From an uncultured Eubacteriales bacterium (GTDB lineage Bacteria > Bacillota > Clostridia > Oscillospirales > CAG-272), in NCBI GenBank assembly GCA_900548735.1, contig URMC01000002.1:1-51416 (forward strand): a DNA stretch of 51,416 nt, given 5' to 3'. The number at the start of each line of letters is the position of its first letter. Within the stretch, counting starts at the first letter, position 1. The position numbers and the translations under genes are program-made. Under the pieces are notes generated by a model that saw nothing but the letters and a program-made list of their open reading frames with translations, searched no databases and was not told where the DNA came from. This document shows positions 9,378 through 20,534 of this stretch, in pieces.

Positions 9378-9986
9378 TCACGCATGGACCAGCGCCACGG
9401 CGCGGGCAGTTTTTTCCCGAATCTCGTCGGGCGTCCCCTTCACCATCCAACTGCCGCCGCAGGCGATGATTTTGGGGAACGCGAGATAATCTTTCACATT
9501 CTCCTCATTGACCCCGCCGGTCGGGAGAAAGCGCATCGCCGGGAACGCGGCGGAAAGCGCCTTGATGGTGCCAAGACCGCCGAAATCGGAGGCAGGGAAG
9601 AATTTCACGATCTCCAGCCCCGCGTCCATCGCGGCAATGATTTCGGTCGGGGTGACACAGCCGGGCAGATACAGCACGCCCTTTCTGCGGCAAACCTCTG
9701 CCACCGCAGGGGAAAAGCCGGGGCCTACAATAAATTTTGCCCCGCACGCAATCGCGTGCTCCGCCTGATCCGCGCGCACCACCGTGCCGGCGCCGATCAG
9801 CATTTCCGGGAATTTTTCGCACGCCAGGCGGATTGCCGCCGCCGCGCACTCGGTGCGGAAGGTGATCTCCGCTACGGGAAGCCCGCCGTCGCACAGTGCC
9901 TGCATGGTCGGCTCCGTATCCCCGATGTTTGCCAGCACCACAACCGGCACGATTTTCAGTTTCTGAATCTGTTCTGTCAGTTCCAT
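9378..9986 (-). CDS. eda: KDPG / 4-hydroxy-2-oxoglutarate aldolase
   Basis: KIVPVVVL...AEITFRT...GAGTV...FPA...GGV motifs of the Eda family. ATG 9986 with RBS aaagggga preferred over the TTG at 10007. Confidence 0.85.
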   Translation of the reverse strand: MELTEQIQKLKIVPVVVLANIGDTEPTMQALCDGGLPVAEITFRTECAAAAIRLACEKFPEMLIGAGTVVRADQAEHAIACGAKFIVGPGFSPAVAEVCRRKGVLYLPGCVTPTEIIAAMDAGLEIVKFFPASDFGGLGTIKALSAAFPAMRFLPTGGVNEENVKDYLAFPKIIACGGSWMVKGTPDEIREKTARAVALVHA

Positions 9987-10041
9987 CTGTTTTCCCCTTT
10001 GCTTCAAACTGCTTTTAGCATACCGCCGTCCGCCGCTTTTG

Positions 10042-11649
10042 TCAAGCCGCGTGGGGGTTCTTCTCTTTCTTTTTCTCTTTTATTGTGTGCCACAGCTGCC
10101 ACAATGGCAGTGCCGCCAGCGCCGCAATCAGCAGATACACGAAAAGATTGCCGATATAAGAGTAGAGCGTGCGCCCGGTATTCAGATACACGGTGCCCAC
10201 CGTCATCCCCTCGGTCATCGGTGCCAGCACCCCCTCGGTCTTGCCCTTGGGCGTAATGATGTCGGTAATGCCGGTGTCGGCGGCACGCACGAAATAACGG
10301 TTGCTCTCGATTGCACGATAGCGCGCCTGATTGTTGTGCATATACGCGGCGGCAGAGTCGGTAAACCAGGAGTCATTGGTGGGCAAAATTATCACGTTGG
10401 CACCGTCGCGCACGCTTTGCAATGTCAGCACCTCGTAAATGGAATCAAAGCAGATCAGCGTGCCGATCTTCCCCCACTTGGTGTCCACCAGCTCACTGCT
10501 CTGGCCGGGGGTCAGATCCTCGGTCAGCATGCCGATATCGGCAAACACCGGCACCACTACCTCCGCCACCCGGCGGAAGGGCACATACTCGCCAAAGGGC
10601 ACCAGCTTTCTTTTTTTGTAAACCGTATCGTCCACCCCGCCGTCCGGGTACACGGTAAACACGGCGTTGTACTCCTCGCCGTTTTCGCCTGCCGCAAACG
10701 CGCCGCAACGGATGGTTATCCCATAGGTCGTGGCAAGCCCGCAGATATACTCCCGCAACGGCGTGCCCTCATCCATATAAAAAGGCAGAAAGGTTTCGGG
10801 AAAGACCACCATGTCCGCCCCTGCATCTGCGGCTTTGGCGGTATAGCTTTCGTAAACCTCTTTGGTGCGCTGGGTATACTCGGCATTCCACTTTTCCGCG
10901 GAGCCGACATTGCCCTGCACCGCGGCAATCACCATGCTGTTGCCCTTGCCCACGTCCGCGGTGCAATAGCCGATTACCCCGCATACGGTGTGAAAAACAA
11001 CCACCCCTGCGGCAAGTATCGCCGCAGTGCGGCGCCCCGCCGGGTGCAGGAGCAGAAAAGCAATCAACCCGTTGAACAGACACAGGCAGAATGTGATGAA
11101 ATAGGTGCCGAACAGTGCCGCGCTGTTCGGGAGGAACGGCATTTCGATCTGCCCCAGCGCCAGCCGCGCCCACGGCACGCCCACAAAAGTGTGCGTGAGG
11201 CACCACTCCAACACCGCGTAAAGCCCGGAAAAGAGAAGCGGCATCATCAGCGGGAATTTCTTCACGGGGGCCGTGCGGCAAAGCGCCGCAAACAGCGGGA
11301 AAAGGCAGGCGCTGATCACCGCGTGCAGGAGCGACAACCCCACCCAGCAAAGCGCCACGGTCAGCGCCGCCTGCCCTTTGGTGATCCCGGCAAAGCTCAT
11401 TGGATAGAGTGCCAGAAACCAATAATAATTGACAAGGTAAAACGGGAAAAAGTAGAAAAAGCCGTAGCGGTAAAACCGCCGCACGCGGGTCTTCCCCTCC
11501 TCCGCGCGGCAAAACAGGAAAAGAAGCGCCGGAATCATGCTGACAAACCCAAGCACCCCCGCTTTCGGGAAAAGCAGCGGCAGTGCCGTCAGGGCGGCGT
11601 TGATCGGCAATATCCACGGATACGTGATGAGTTTTGCGGCATTTTTCAT
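10042..11649 (-). CDS. lnt: Apolipoprotein N-acyltransferase homolog
   Basis: N-terminal polytopic membrane domain plus CN-hydrolase domain with E-K-C triad contexts VVFPETF, KRKLVPFGEYVPF, LICFDSIY. ATG 11649 with RBS aaaggaga. Confidence 0.8.
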   Translation of the reverse strand: MKNAAKLITYPWILPINAALTALPLLFPKAGVLGFVSMIPALLFLFCRAEEGKTRVRRFYRYGFFYFFPFYLVNYYWFLALYPMSFAGITKGQAALTVALCWVGLSLLHAVISACLFPLFAALCRTAPVKKFPLMMPLLFSGLYAVLEWCLTHTFVGVPWARLALGQIEMPFLPNSAALFGTYFITFCLCLFNGLIAFLLLHPAGRRTAAILAAGVVVFHTVCGVIGYCTADVGKGNSMVIAAVQGNVGSAEKWNAEYTQRTKEVYESYTAKAADAGADMVVFPETFLPFYMDEGTPLREYICGLATTYGITIRCGAFAAGENGEEYNAVFTVYPDGGVDDTVYKKRKLVPFGEYVPFRRVAEVVVPVFADIGMLTEDLTPGQSSELVDTKWGKIGTLICFDSIYEVLTLQSVRDGANVIILPTNDSWFTDSAAAYMHNNQARYRAIESNRYFVRAADTGITDIITPKGKTEGVLAPMTEGMTVGTVYLNTGRTLYSYIGNLFVYLLIAALAALPLWQLWHTIKEKKKEKNPHAA

Positions 11650-11662
11650 CGCACTTCTCCTT

Positions 11663-12622
11663 TCATGCAAAATCTTTCAAAAACCAGACGTCCTCCCGCG
11701 GGATGGCAAATTCTCTCCCGCGCAGGTACCCCAGCACCCCGCTGTCATCGGCAAAATCAAACCGCAGTTTCCACGCGTAAAGCGCCTGATATTTATAGCC
11801 CCCCGCGCGGTCGTCACGGTTGTGACCGTACTTCCCGTCGCCCAACAACGGGTGCCCGATGAACGCGAGGTGTGCGCGGATCTGATGCGTGCGCCCGGTC
11901 ACCAATTCCACTTCCAATAAGCTCCGGTCGCCTTTCTCGGTAAGCACACGGTATTTGGTGATGATGTTTTTGACGCCCGGCAACGGCTTTTCTGATACCG
12001 TTACGGTATTTGTGGCGGCGTCCTTGCGCAAAAAGCCGGTCAGCGTTGCCGCTTTTTGCGGCATTTTGCCGTGCACGGCGCAAAGATAAAATTTGGAGGT
12101 CTCGTTTTGCTTGATTTTCTCATTCATCTCGCGCAGAGCCTCGGCGTTTTTCGCGGCAATCACGATGCCGCCCGTGTTGCGGTCAATCCGGTTGCAAAGC
12201 GCCGGCGCAAACGACTGCTCCCTCTCCGGGTCGTATTCCCCTTTTTGGTAGAGGTAGGCTTTCACGTGCAAAATCAGGGTGTTTTCCCCTCCGTCCGTGT
12301 CCTCGTGTACAAGAACCCCGGGGCGCTTGTTTAACAGGAGAATGTTTTCATCCTCGTAAATTACCGACAGTTTAGGGCGGATATTGGAAAGCGTTCCGGT
12401 GTCCCCGGTCGGCACGTCAAAAAACTCGTCTCGCAGGAAAAGCTGAATCGTATCCCCCGCCGCCAGCATCTGATTTTCCTTGGCGCGCGCACGGTTGACC
12501 TTGATTTTTTTGGTGCGGATGGCTTTGTACATCATGGAAAAAGGCAACCCGCGCACTGCTTTGGACAGGAATTTGTCCAAGCGTTGCCCCGCGTCGTTTT
12601 TCCCTACGGTCAGTTCTCTCAT
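11663..12622 (-). CDS. RluA-family 23S rRNA pseudouridine synthase (S4 domain + catalytic domain)
   Basis: S4-like N-terminus (QRLDKFLSK), catalytic-Asp motif LCNRIDRNTGGIVIAAKN, HQIRAHLA motif. ATG 12622 six nt after gggagg. Confidence 0.85.
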   Translation of the reverse strand: MRELTVGKNDAGQRLDKFLSKAVRGLPFSMMYKAIRTKKIKVNRARAKENQMLAAGDTIQLFLRDEFFDVPTGDTGTLSNIRPKLSVIYEDENILLLNKRPGVLVHEDTDGGENTLILHVKAYLYQKGEYDPEREQSFAPALCNRIDRNTGGIVIAAKNAEALREMNEKIKQNETSKFYLCAVHGKMPQKAATLTGFLRKDAATNTVTVSEKPLPGVKNIITKYRVLTEKGDRSLLEVELVTGRTHQIRAHLAFIGHPLLGDGKYGHNRDDRAGGYKYQALYAWKLRFDFADDSGVLGYLRGREFAIPREDVWFLKDFA

Positions 12623-12661
12623 CTCCATCCTCCCTTTTGCCGACAAAACAGGATATATAAG

Positions 12662-12689
12662 AAATTCGGCAGTATGTGCTGCCGAATTT
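12662..12689 (-). terminator. Hairpin downstream of upp
   Basis: aaattcggcag-tatgtg-ctgccgaattt; T-rich on the minus strand after the stem. Confidence 0.5.
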
Positions 12690-12704
12690 CAGAAAGTTTG
12701 CAAC

Positions 12705-14807
<2,103 letters not shown>

Positions 14808-14811
<4 letters not shown>

Positions 14812-16187
14812 ACGAAACACCATTTACCCCCGGTATCTGCCGGGAAAACCGCAATTTCCGCTTTCTTTCAGGGGAGGCGCTGACGGGGCTTGGCAAAGAA
14901 CTGGGGCTGTGCCTGCCGCAGGAACTGCTTGCCCGCTATCAGGAGGTTTGCCGCACGGTACTGTTGCGCGACCCCACCGAAACGGAACTGAAATTTCTTG
15001 ACCGCGTTTTTTGCCTGTTCCGGCAGATGCCGGAGGGAGTGCGGGTTGCCGCCGTTACGGGTGCGGATGACGAAACTGCGCGCGTATGGGGGGATATTTG
15101 CAGGAAGGGGCGGGAGATCGGTGCCAAGACGCCGCCCACCGAGACGGAGTTACTGGCGCTTTGCGGCAAGGCGCTTGCCCGCGCCGGGATTACCGCCGCC
15201 TCTCCCTTGCTGACCGTCGGCTCCGCCGCCGGAATTGCCGCCGCCTGCCGGGGGAAACAGCCGGAATTGTTGCTGAATGTCGGCAACTGTGCGGGCGCGC
15301 TGTTGCCCCCGCAGGGCAAAACAGCCCCCGGCGCCTGTATGCTGTATCTGATGACGGCGAGGGAGGAAACCGATTTTCCCTCGGAAATCGCGGCGTTTCT
15401 TGCCGCAAACACCGCGCTGAATCTTCAGCCTTTGGCGCTCACGGGCGGGGAGGGGATTTTGCCCCACCTTGCCACGGGTACGGGGCTGGACGTGGACTTT
15501 TCCCTGTTGCCGGGCTTTGACCCGGAGCACCCGGAGGAAGTGTTGTTCACCGTGGGCAGGCGGGCATTCCTCTTTTTTGCTCCGCAGAACGCCGTGCCGC
15601 TGTTGGCGGGGCGGGAAAATCTGTTGCTCTTCGGCTCCGCCAACCGTTCCGGGCGGCTGACCCTGCGGGCGGGAAATGTGCCCCTTTGCGTGCTTCCCTC
15701 CTCCTTTTTCCCGATGCTTGCCACCTGCGCGCCGATGGCATTGCCGGTAAAGCCGACCGAAAGCGCGGCGGGCGAGGTTGCCCTTGCGGAAAATGAGACT
15801 GCGCTGCTGGCAGGAGTGCAATGCGGCAACAATGTGCCTTATGCGATTGCACAGTGCCTTTCGATGCTTGCCGCGGGCGGCGCGGCGCTTTCCACCGTGC
15901 GGATGAGCGCGGTGCTGGAACAGCCCGCGGGGGACGCGTGTGCCACCGCCACGGCGGAGGCGCTGCCCCTGATTTTCGGCTATCACCGCGCGGCGGCGGA
16001 ACTGGTTCTGCCCACCGCCGGGCACGCCGCAATAGAGGACGAGCGGCTTCCCCACCCGCGCCTGACGGTTTTTCTGCTTGCCAACCGGAAAAGCGGCGGG
16101 GCGGCACCGTTGCCGGGAAGCGCGGCAGAGCGCGTGCGCAACGGCGATTTTGAGGAAATGAGACGGGCGCTTTTCGGAAAAATGTAA
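14808..16187 (+). CDS. Hypothetical Ala/Leu/Gly-rich protein, distantly PurL/AIR-synthase-like at the N-terminus
   Basis: ATGA overlap with mtaB; 459-aa ORF ending just before the rpmB promoter. N-terminal LGL..QELLARYQEV....RDPTETELKFLD resembles the FGAM-synthase linker, but no SEHCSYK-type motif. Confidence 0.55.
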
Positions 16188-16204
16188 AAAAATCAAAAAA
16201 ACAC

Positions 16205-16233
16205 TTGCAATTCTCAAAAAACTGTGTTATAAT
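16205..16233 (+). promoter_or_regulatory. sigma-A promoter for rpmB
   Basis: TTGCAA, 17 nt, TATAAT. Confidence 0.6.
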
Positions 16234-16301
16234 GAGCACCGTTGCAATCAAAACAGAAGATAAACGACAGGCACCTTAGGGTGCGACAGGAGGTGTCAGA
16301 A

Positions 16302-16487
16302 ATGGCAAAGTGCAGCATTTGCGGAAAAGGTGTGGTGTTCGGTCAGAACGTTTCGCACTCCAACCGTAAGACCAACCGTACCTGGAAGCCCAACATCCGC
16401 AAAGTAAGAGCGATTGTTGACGGCACACCCACGACGGTGGCTGTTTGTTCTCGTTGCCTGCGTTCCGGCAAAGTGAACCGCGCATAA
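16302..16487 (+). CDS. rpmB: 50S ribosomal protein L28
   Basis: MAKCSICGKGVVFGQNVSHSNRKTNRTWKPNIRKV is a canonical L28 sequence; RBS aggagg. Confidence 0.95.
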   Translation: MAKCSICGKGVVFGQNVSHSNRKTNRTWKPNIRKVRAIVDGTPTTVAVCSRCLRSGKVNRA

Positions 16488-16495
16488 GAGAATTG

Positions 16496-16526
16496 AAAAA
16501 ACCGGGCGTACCGCCCGGTTTTTTCT
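16496..16526 (+). terminator. rpmB intrinsic terminator
   Basis: ccgggcg-tac-cgcccgg followed by T6. Confidence 0.8.
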
Positions 16527-16550
16527 TTTGTAATAAATGAAACGCACCGA

Positions 16551-16696
16551 CATTCCGGCGGCACCGCCTTGCGGCGGGGCTAATAGGCAGACGCGTTACT
16601 TTGGGTGCGCACGCCCAACATTCCGGCGGCACCGCCTTGCGGCGGGGCTAATAGGCAGGCGCGTTACTTTGGGCGCGCACGCCCAACGTTCCGGCG
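16551..16696. repeat. 68-bp tandem repeat, 2 full copies plus a partial third
   Basis: Copies 16551-16618 and 16619-16686 differ at 2 of 68 positions. Each contains the ccgcc-ttgc-ggcgg and ttgggYgcgcacgcccaa hairpins. Confidence 0.9.
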
Positions 16697-16727
16697 TGAG
16701 CTGCTGAAAAGTTTTTGCGGGAGTTTA

Positions 16728-16758
16728 AGAGGGGGCTTTTTTCAAAAAGCCCCCTCTT
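16728..16758. terminator. Bidirectional palindromic terminator downstream of proC
   Basis: aagagggggcttttt-c-aaaaagccccctctt perfect palindrome. Confidence 0.6.
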
Positions 16759-16817
16759 GCGCGCCTGCGGCGGGCAATAGAAAGAATGAGTGCGCCGCCG
16801 GGAAGCCGGTGCGTATT

Positions 16818-17597
16818 TTATTTCATAATCTCCCGGATGGCGGAGATGCACGCGGCGCGGAAGCCCGCGTCTTCCAATGCCACGACCCCACGGATGGTGG
16901 AGCCGCCGGGAGAGCAGACCATGTCTTTCAGCACCCCCGGGTGTGTGCCGGTCTCTTTCTGCAATCTGGCGCTTCCCTCAATCGTTGCCGAAACCATAGC
17001 AAGCGCTTTGTCGCGCGGCAAGCCGTAATACACGCCCGCGTCGGCAAACGCCTCAATCATCAGATCCACAAACGCGGGTCCGCAACCCGTGATCGCACCG
17101 CCAACGCCCATTTGCGCCGACGGAAGCACAAACACCTTGCCCAGCGCCGCAAACAGCGCTTTCACCTCCGTCAGTTCCGTTGCCGTCAGTGAATTGGTCT
17201 CCTCAAACAGAAACACCCCGCTGCCGACCAGCGCCGGCGTGTTGGGCATGATAAATTGCACCCGCACGCCCTCCGGCAGAATTGCCGCGTACCGCGCGTG
17301 ATCCCAACCCAACGCAATCGAAAGCAGCATCTTGCCCGGCAAGAGGTCGCGGATCTCCCCGATCACGCCCTCCACCTTGTCGGGCTTGCAGGCAATCAGC
17401 AAAGCGTCGGCACTCTGCACCCCCGCCCGAAGCGTGGTGGCAGGCATAAAGCCCATTTCCGCCGCTTTTCTGTCCATTTTTTCCGTATCTTTATCATACG
17501 CCGTCAGCATTCCGGAGCTAAGCCCCCCGGACTTCAAAAAGCCCGAAAGCAACGCCCCGCCCATATTTCCAACGCCGATTACACACAGTTTTTTCAT
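16818..17597 (-). CDS. proC: Pyrroline-5-carboxylate reductase
   Basis: MKKLCVIGVGNMGGALLSG NADP-binding N-terminus; C-terminal VCSPGGSTIRGV motif; RBS ggagg. Confidence 0.9.
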   Translation of the reverse strand: MKKLCVIGVGNMGGALLSGFLKSGGLSSGMLTAYDKDTEKMDRKAAEMGFMPATTLRAGVQSADALLIACKPDKVEGVIGEIRDLLPGKMLLSIALGWDHARYAAILPEGVRVQFIMPNTPALVGSGVFLFEETNSLTATELTEVKALFAALGKVFVLPSAQMGVGGAITGCGPAFVDLMIEAFADAGVYYGLPRDKALAMVSATIEGSARLQKETGTHPGVLKDMVCSPGGSTIRGVVALEDAGFRAACISAIREIMK

Positions 17598-17626
17598 GCC
17601 GCGCCTCCGTTTTGTCCGTTTTGTAC

Positions 17627-17655
17627 ATTATAATCTTTTCTCGTGCCGCTGTCAA
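17627..17655 (-). promoter_or_regulatory. sigma-A promoter for proC
   Basis: Minus strand TTGACA (17655-17650), 17 nt, TATAAT (17632-17627). Confidence 0.5.
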
Positions 17656-17710
17656 GGGGCGGGGGTTTACAAAAAATTTACCCGCGCCGTTTCTTTTTTG
17701 CAAAATCCCC

Positions 17711-17739
17711 TTGCACTTTTGATATAGATATGATATAAT
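17711..17739 (+). promoter_or_regulatory. sigma-A promoter for ppdK
   Basis: TTGCAC, 17 nt, TATAAT. Confidence 0.6.
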
Positions 17740-17817
17740 GAATCGTTGCAAAACGGCGGATGCGTTTCGCATTTGTCTATCCCAAAAGGAAAAACAAAAA
17801 TTGGAGGTATATTCAAC

Positions 17818-20442
17818 ATGGCAAAGAAGTATTGCTATCTCTTTACCGAAGGCAATGCCAACATGCGTGAGTTGCTGGGCGGCAAGGGCGCAAACCTTGC
17901 GGAAATGACCAATATCGGTCTTCCCGTTCCCCAGGGCTTTACCATCAGCACCGAGGCTTGCACTCAGTACTATGAGGACGGCAGAAAGATCAACGATGAG
18001 ATCATGGCAGAGATCATGACCTACATCACCAAAATGGAAGAGATCACCGGCAAGAAGTTTGGCGACAAGAAAAACCCGCTGCTGGTTTCCGTCCGTTCCG
18101 GTGCACGCGCGTCGATGCCCGGCATGATGGACACCATCCTGAACCTCGGTCTGAACGAGGAAGTGGTCAACACCATCGCCGAGATGTCCGGCAACGCCCG
18201 TTGGGCATGGGACTGCTACCGCAGATTTATCCAGATGTACTCCGACGTGGTGATGGAAGTCGGCAAAAAGTACTTTGAGCAGCTCATCGACAAGATGAAG
18301 GAAGAAAAGGGCGTGAAGTTTGACGTGGATCTGACCGCGGAAGACCTCAAGACCCTTGCCAACCAGTTCAAGGCTGAATACAAAGAAAAGATCGGCGCGG
18401 ACTTCCCGTCCGACCCGAAAGAGCAGTTGCTGGGCGCCATCAAGGCTGTGTTCCGCTCCTGGGACAACCCGCGTGCCAACGTTTACCGCCGCGACAACGA
18501 TATTCCCTACTCCTGGGGCACCGCTGTCAACGTGCAGATGATGGCATTCGGTAACATGGGCGACGACTGCGGCACCGGCGTGGCATTCACCCGTGACCCC
18601 GCAACCGGCGAAAAGAAGCTGATGGGCGAGTTCCTCCCCAACGCACAGGGCGAGGACGTGGTGGCAGGCGTGCGCACGCCTCTGCCGATCGCCAAGATGG
18701 CTGAGCTGTTCCCCGAGGCATATGCGCAGTTCCGGAAGGTCTGCGAAATCCTTGAGAATCACTACCGCGATATGCAGGATATGGAGTTCACCGTCGAGCA
18801 CGGCAAGCTCTATATGCTTCAGACCCGTAACGGCAAGCGCACCGCGCAGGCAGCGCTCCAGATCGCATGCGACCTCGTGGACGAGGGCATGCGCACCGAT
18901 AAGGAAGCCGTTCTGATGATCGACCCCCGTAACCTCGATACGCTGCTGCACCCGCAGTTTGACGCAAAAGCACTGAAGGCTGCCAACCCTGTCGGTAAGG
19001 GTCTCGGCGCTTCCCCCGGTGCCGCTTGCGGTCAGATCGTGTTCTCCGCAGACGACGCAGAGGCATGGAAGAAAGCCGGCAAGAAAGTTGTGCTGGTGCG
19101 CCTGGAGACCTCTCCTGAGGACATCACCGGTATGAAAACCGCTCAGGGTATCCTGACCGTGCGCGGCGGTATGACCTCTCACGCAGCCGTTGTGGCGCGT
19201 GGCATGGGCACCTGCTGTGTTTCCGGTTGCGGCGACATCGTAATGGACGAGGAAAACAAGAAATTCACCCTGGCAGGCAAGACCTACCATGAGGGCGACT
19301 ATATCTCCATTGACGGCTCCACCGGTAACATCTATGACGGCATCATCCCGACGGTTGACGCACAGATCGGCGGCAACTTCGGCAGAATCATGGCTTGGGC
19401 CGATAAGTACCGCAAACTGCAGGTGCGCACCAATGCCGACACCCCGAAGGACGCCGCAAAAGCACGTGAGCTGGGCGCCCAGGGCATCGGTCTTTGCCGC
19501 ACCGAGCATATGTTCTTCGATCCGGAGAGAATTGCCGCATTCCGCGAGATGATCTGCTCCGACACCGTGGAGGAGCGCGAAGCCGCTCTTGCCAAGATTA
19601 TGCCCATGCAGCAGGCTGACTTTGAGGCTCTGTTTGAGTCCATGGAAGGCGACCCCGTTACCATCCGGTTCCTGGATCCCCCGCTCCACGAGTTCGTTCC
19701 CACCGAGGAAGCTGAGATCGCGGCTCTTGCCAAGGCTCAGGGCAAATCGGTTGAGGCCATCAAGGGCATCATCCAGGGTCTGCATGAAGCCAACCCGATG
19801 ATGGGTCACCGTGGCTGCCGTCTGTGCGTCACCTACCCCGAGATCGCCGTGATGCAGACCAAAGCTGTCATCCGTGCGGCTCTGAACGTGCAGAAGAAGC
19901 ACCCCGACTGGAAGATCGTTCCCGAGATCATGATCCCGCTTGCAGGCGATGTGAAAGAGCTTGCTTTCGTGAAGAAAGTGGTTGTAAAGACCGCTGACGA
20001 AGAGATCAAGAACGCTGGCGCAAATCTCCGCTACGAGGTGGGCACCATGATCGAGATCCCGCGTGCCGCTCTGACCGCAGACGAAATCGCCAAAGAGGCA
20101 GAGTTCTTCTGCTTCGGCACCAACGACCTGACGCAGATGACTTTCGGCTTCTCCCGTGATGACGCCGGCAAGTTCCTGCCCTCTTACTACGACAACAAGA
20201 TTTATGAGAACGATCCGTTTGCCAAACTCGACCAGGTCGGCGTTGGCAAGCTGATGGAAATGGCTGTGAAACTCGGCAAGTCCGTTCGCCCCGACCTGCA
20301 CTGCGGTATCTGCGGTGAGCACGGCGGCGACCCGACATCCGTGGAATTCTGCCACAAGATCGGTCTGACCTATGTTTCCTGCTCTCCGTTCCGTGTGCCG
20401 ATCGCACGCCTTGCGGCAGCTCAGGCAGCTTTGAAAGACTGA
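17818..20442 (+). CDS. ppdK: Pyruvate, phosphate dikinase
   Basis: MAKKYCYLFTEGN...LLGGKGANLAEM N-terminus, phosphohistidine loop GGMTSHAAVVARG, PEP-utilising C-terminal GICGE; RBS ggagg before ATG 17818. Confidence 0.97.
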   Translation: MAKKYCYLFTEGNANMRELLGGKGANLAEMTNIGLPVPQGFTISTEACTQYYEDGRKINDEIMAEIMTYITKMEEITGKKFGDKKNPLLVSVRSGARASMPGMMDTILNLGLNEEVVNTIAEMSGNARWAWDCYRRFIQMYSDVVMEVGKKYFEQLIDKMKEEKGVKFDVDLTAEDLKTLANQFKAEYKEKIGADFPSDPKEQLLGAIKAVFRSWDNPRANVYRRDNDIPYSWGTAVNVQMMAFGNMGDDCGTGVAFTRDPATGEKKLMGEFLPNAQGEDVVAGVRTPLPIAKMAELFPEAYAQFRKVCEILENHYRDMQDMEFTVEHGKLYMLQTRNGKRTAQAALQIACDLVDEGMRTDKEAVLMIDPRNLDTLLHPQFDAKALKAANPVGKGLGASPGAACGQIVFSADDAEAWKKAGKKVVLVRLETSPEDITGMKTAQGILTVRGGMTSHAAVVARGMGTCCVSGCGDIVMDEENKKFTLAGKTYHEGDYISIDGSTGNIYDGIIPTVDAQIGGNFGRIMAWADKYRKLQVRTNADTPKDAAKARELGAQGIGLCRTEHMFFDPERIAAFREMICSDTVEEREAALAKIMPMQQADFEALFESMEGDPVTIRFLDPPLHEFVPTEEAEIAALAKAQGKSVEAIKGIIQGLHEANPMMGHRGCRLCVTYPEIAVMQTKAVIRAALNVQKKHPDWKIVPEIMIPLAGDVKELAFVKKVVVKTADEEIKNAGANLRYEVGTMIEIPRAALTADEIAKEAEFFCFGTNDLTQMTFGFSRDDAGKFLPSYYDNKIYENDPFAKLDQVGVGKLMEMAVKLGKSVRPDLHCGICGEHGGDPTSVEFCHKIGLTYVSCSPFRVPIARLAAAQAALKD

Positions 20443-20458
20443 TATCCCATAAAAAGGG

Positions 20459-20500
20459 CGCGCCCCTGCGGTTGACGAACCGCAGGGGCGCTTTGTTTTG
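20459..20500 (+). terminator. ppdK intrinsic terminator
   Basis: gcgcccctgcggtt-gacg-aaccgcaggggcgc followed by tttgtttt. Confidence 0.8.
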
Positions 20501-20534
20501 TCACACCCGCCGCCGGCAGAACCCGGCGGTGTTT

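Noticed and set aside
10039-11862. 607-aa plus-strand ORF opposite lnt
   Set aside because: Highly basic low-complexity translation, with no RBS. The opposite strand encodes a protein with an intact CN-hydrolase triad.
16551-16696. Possible CRISPR array (also considered for 49231-49555)
   Set aside because: The units are directly abutting tandem repeats with no unique spacers, only about 2 copies, and no cas genes in the window.
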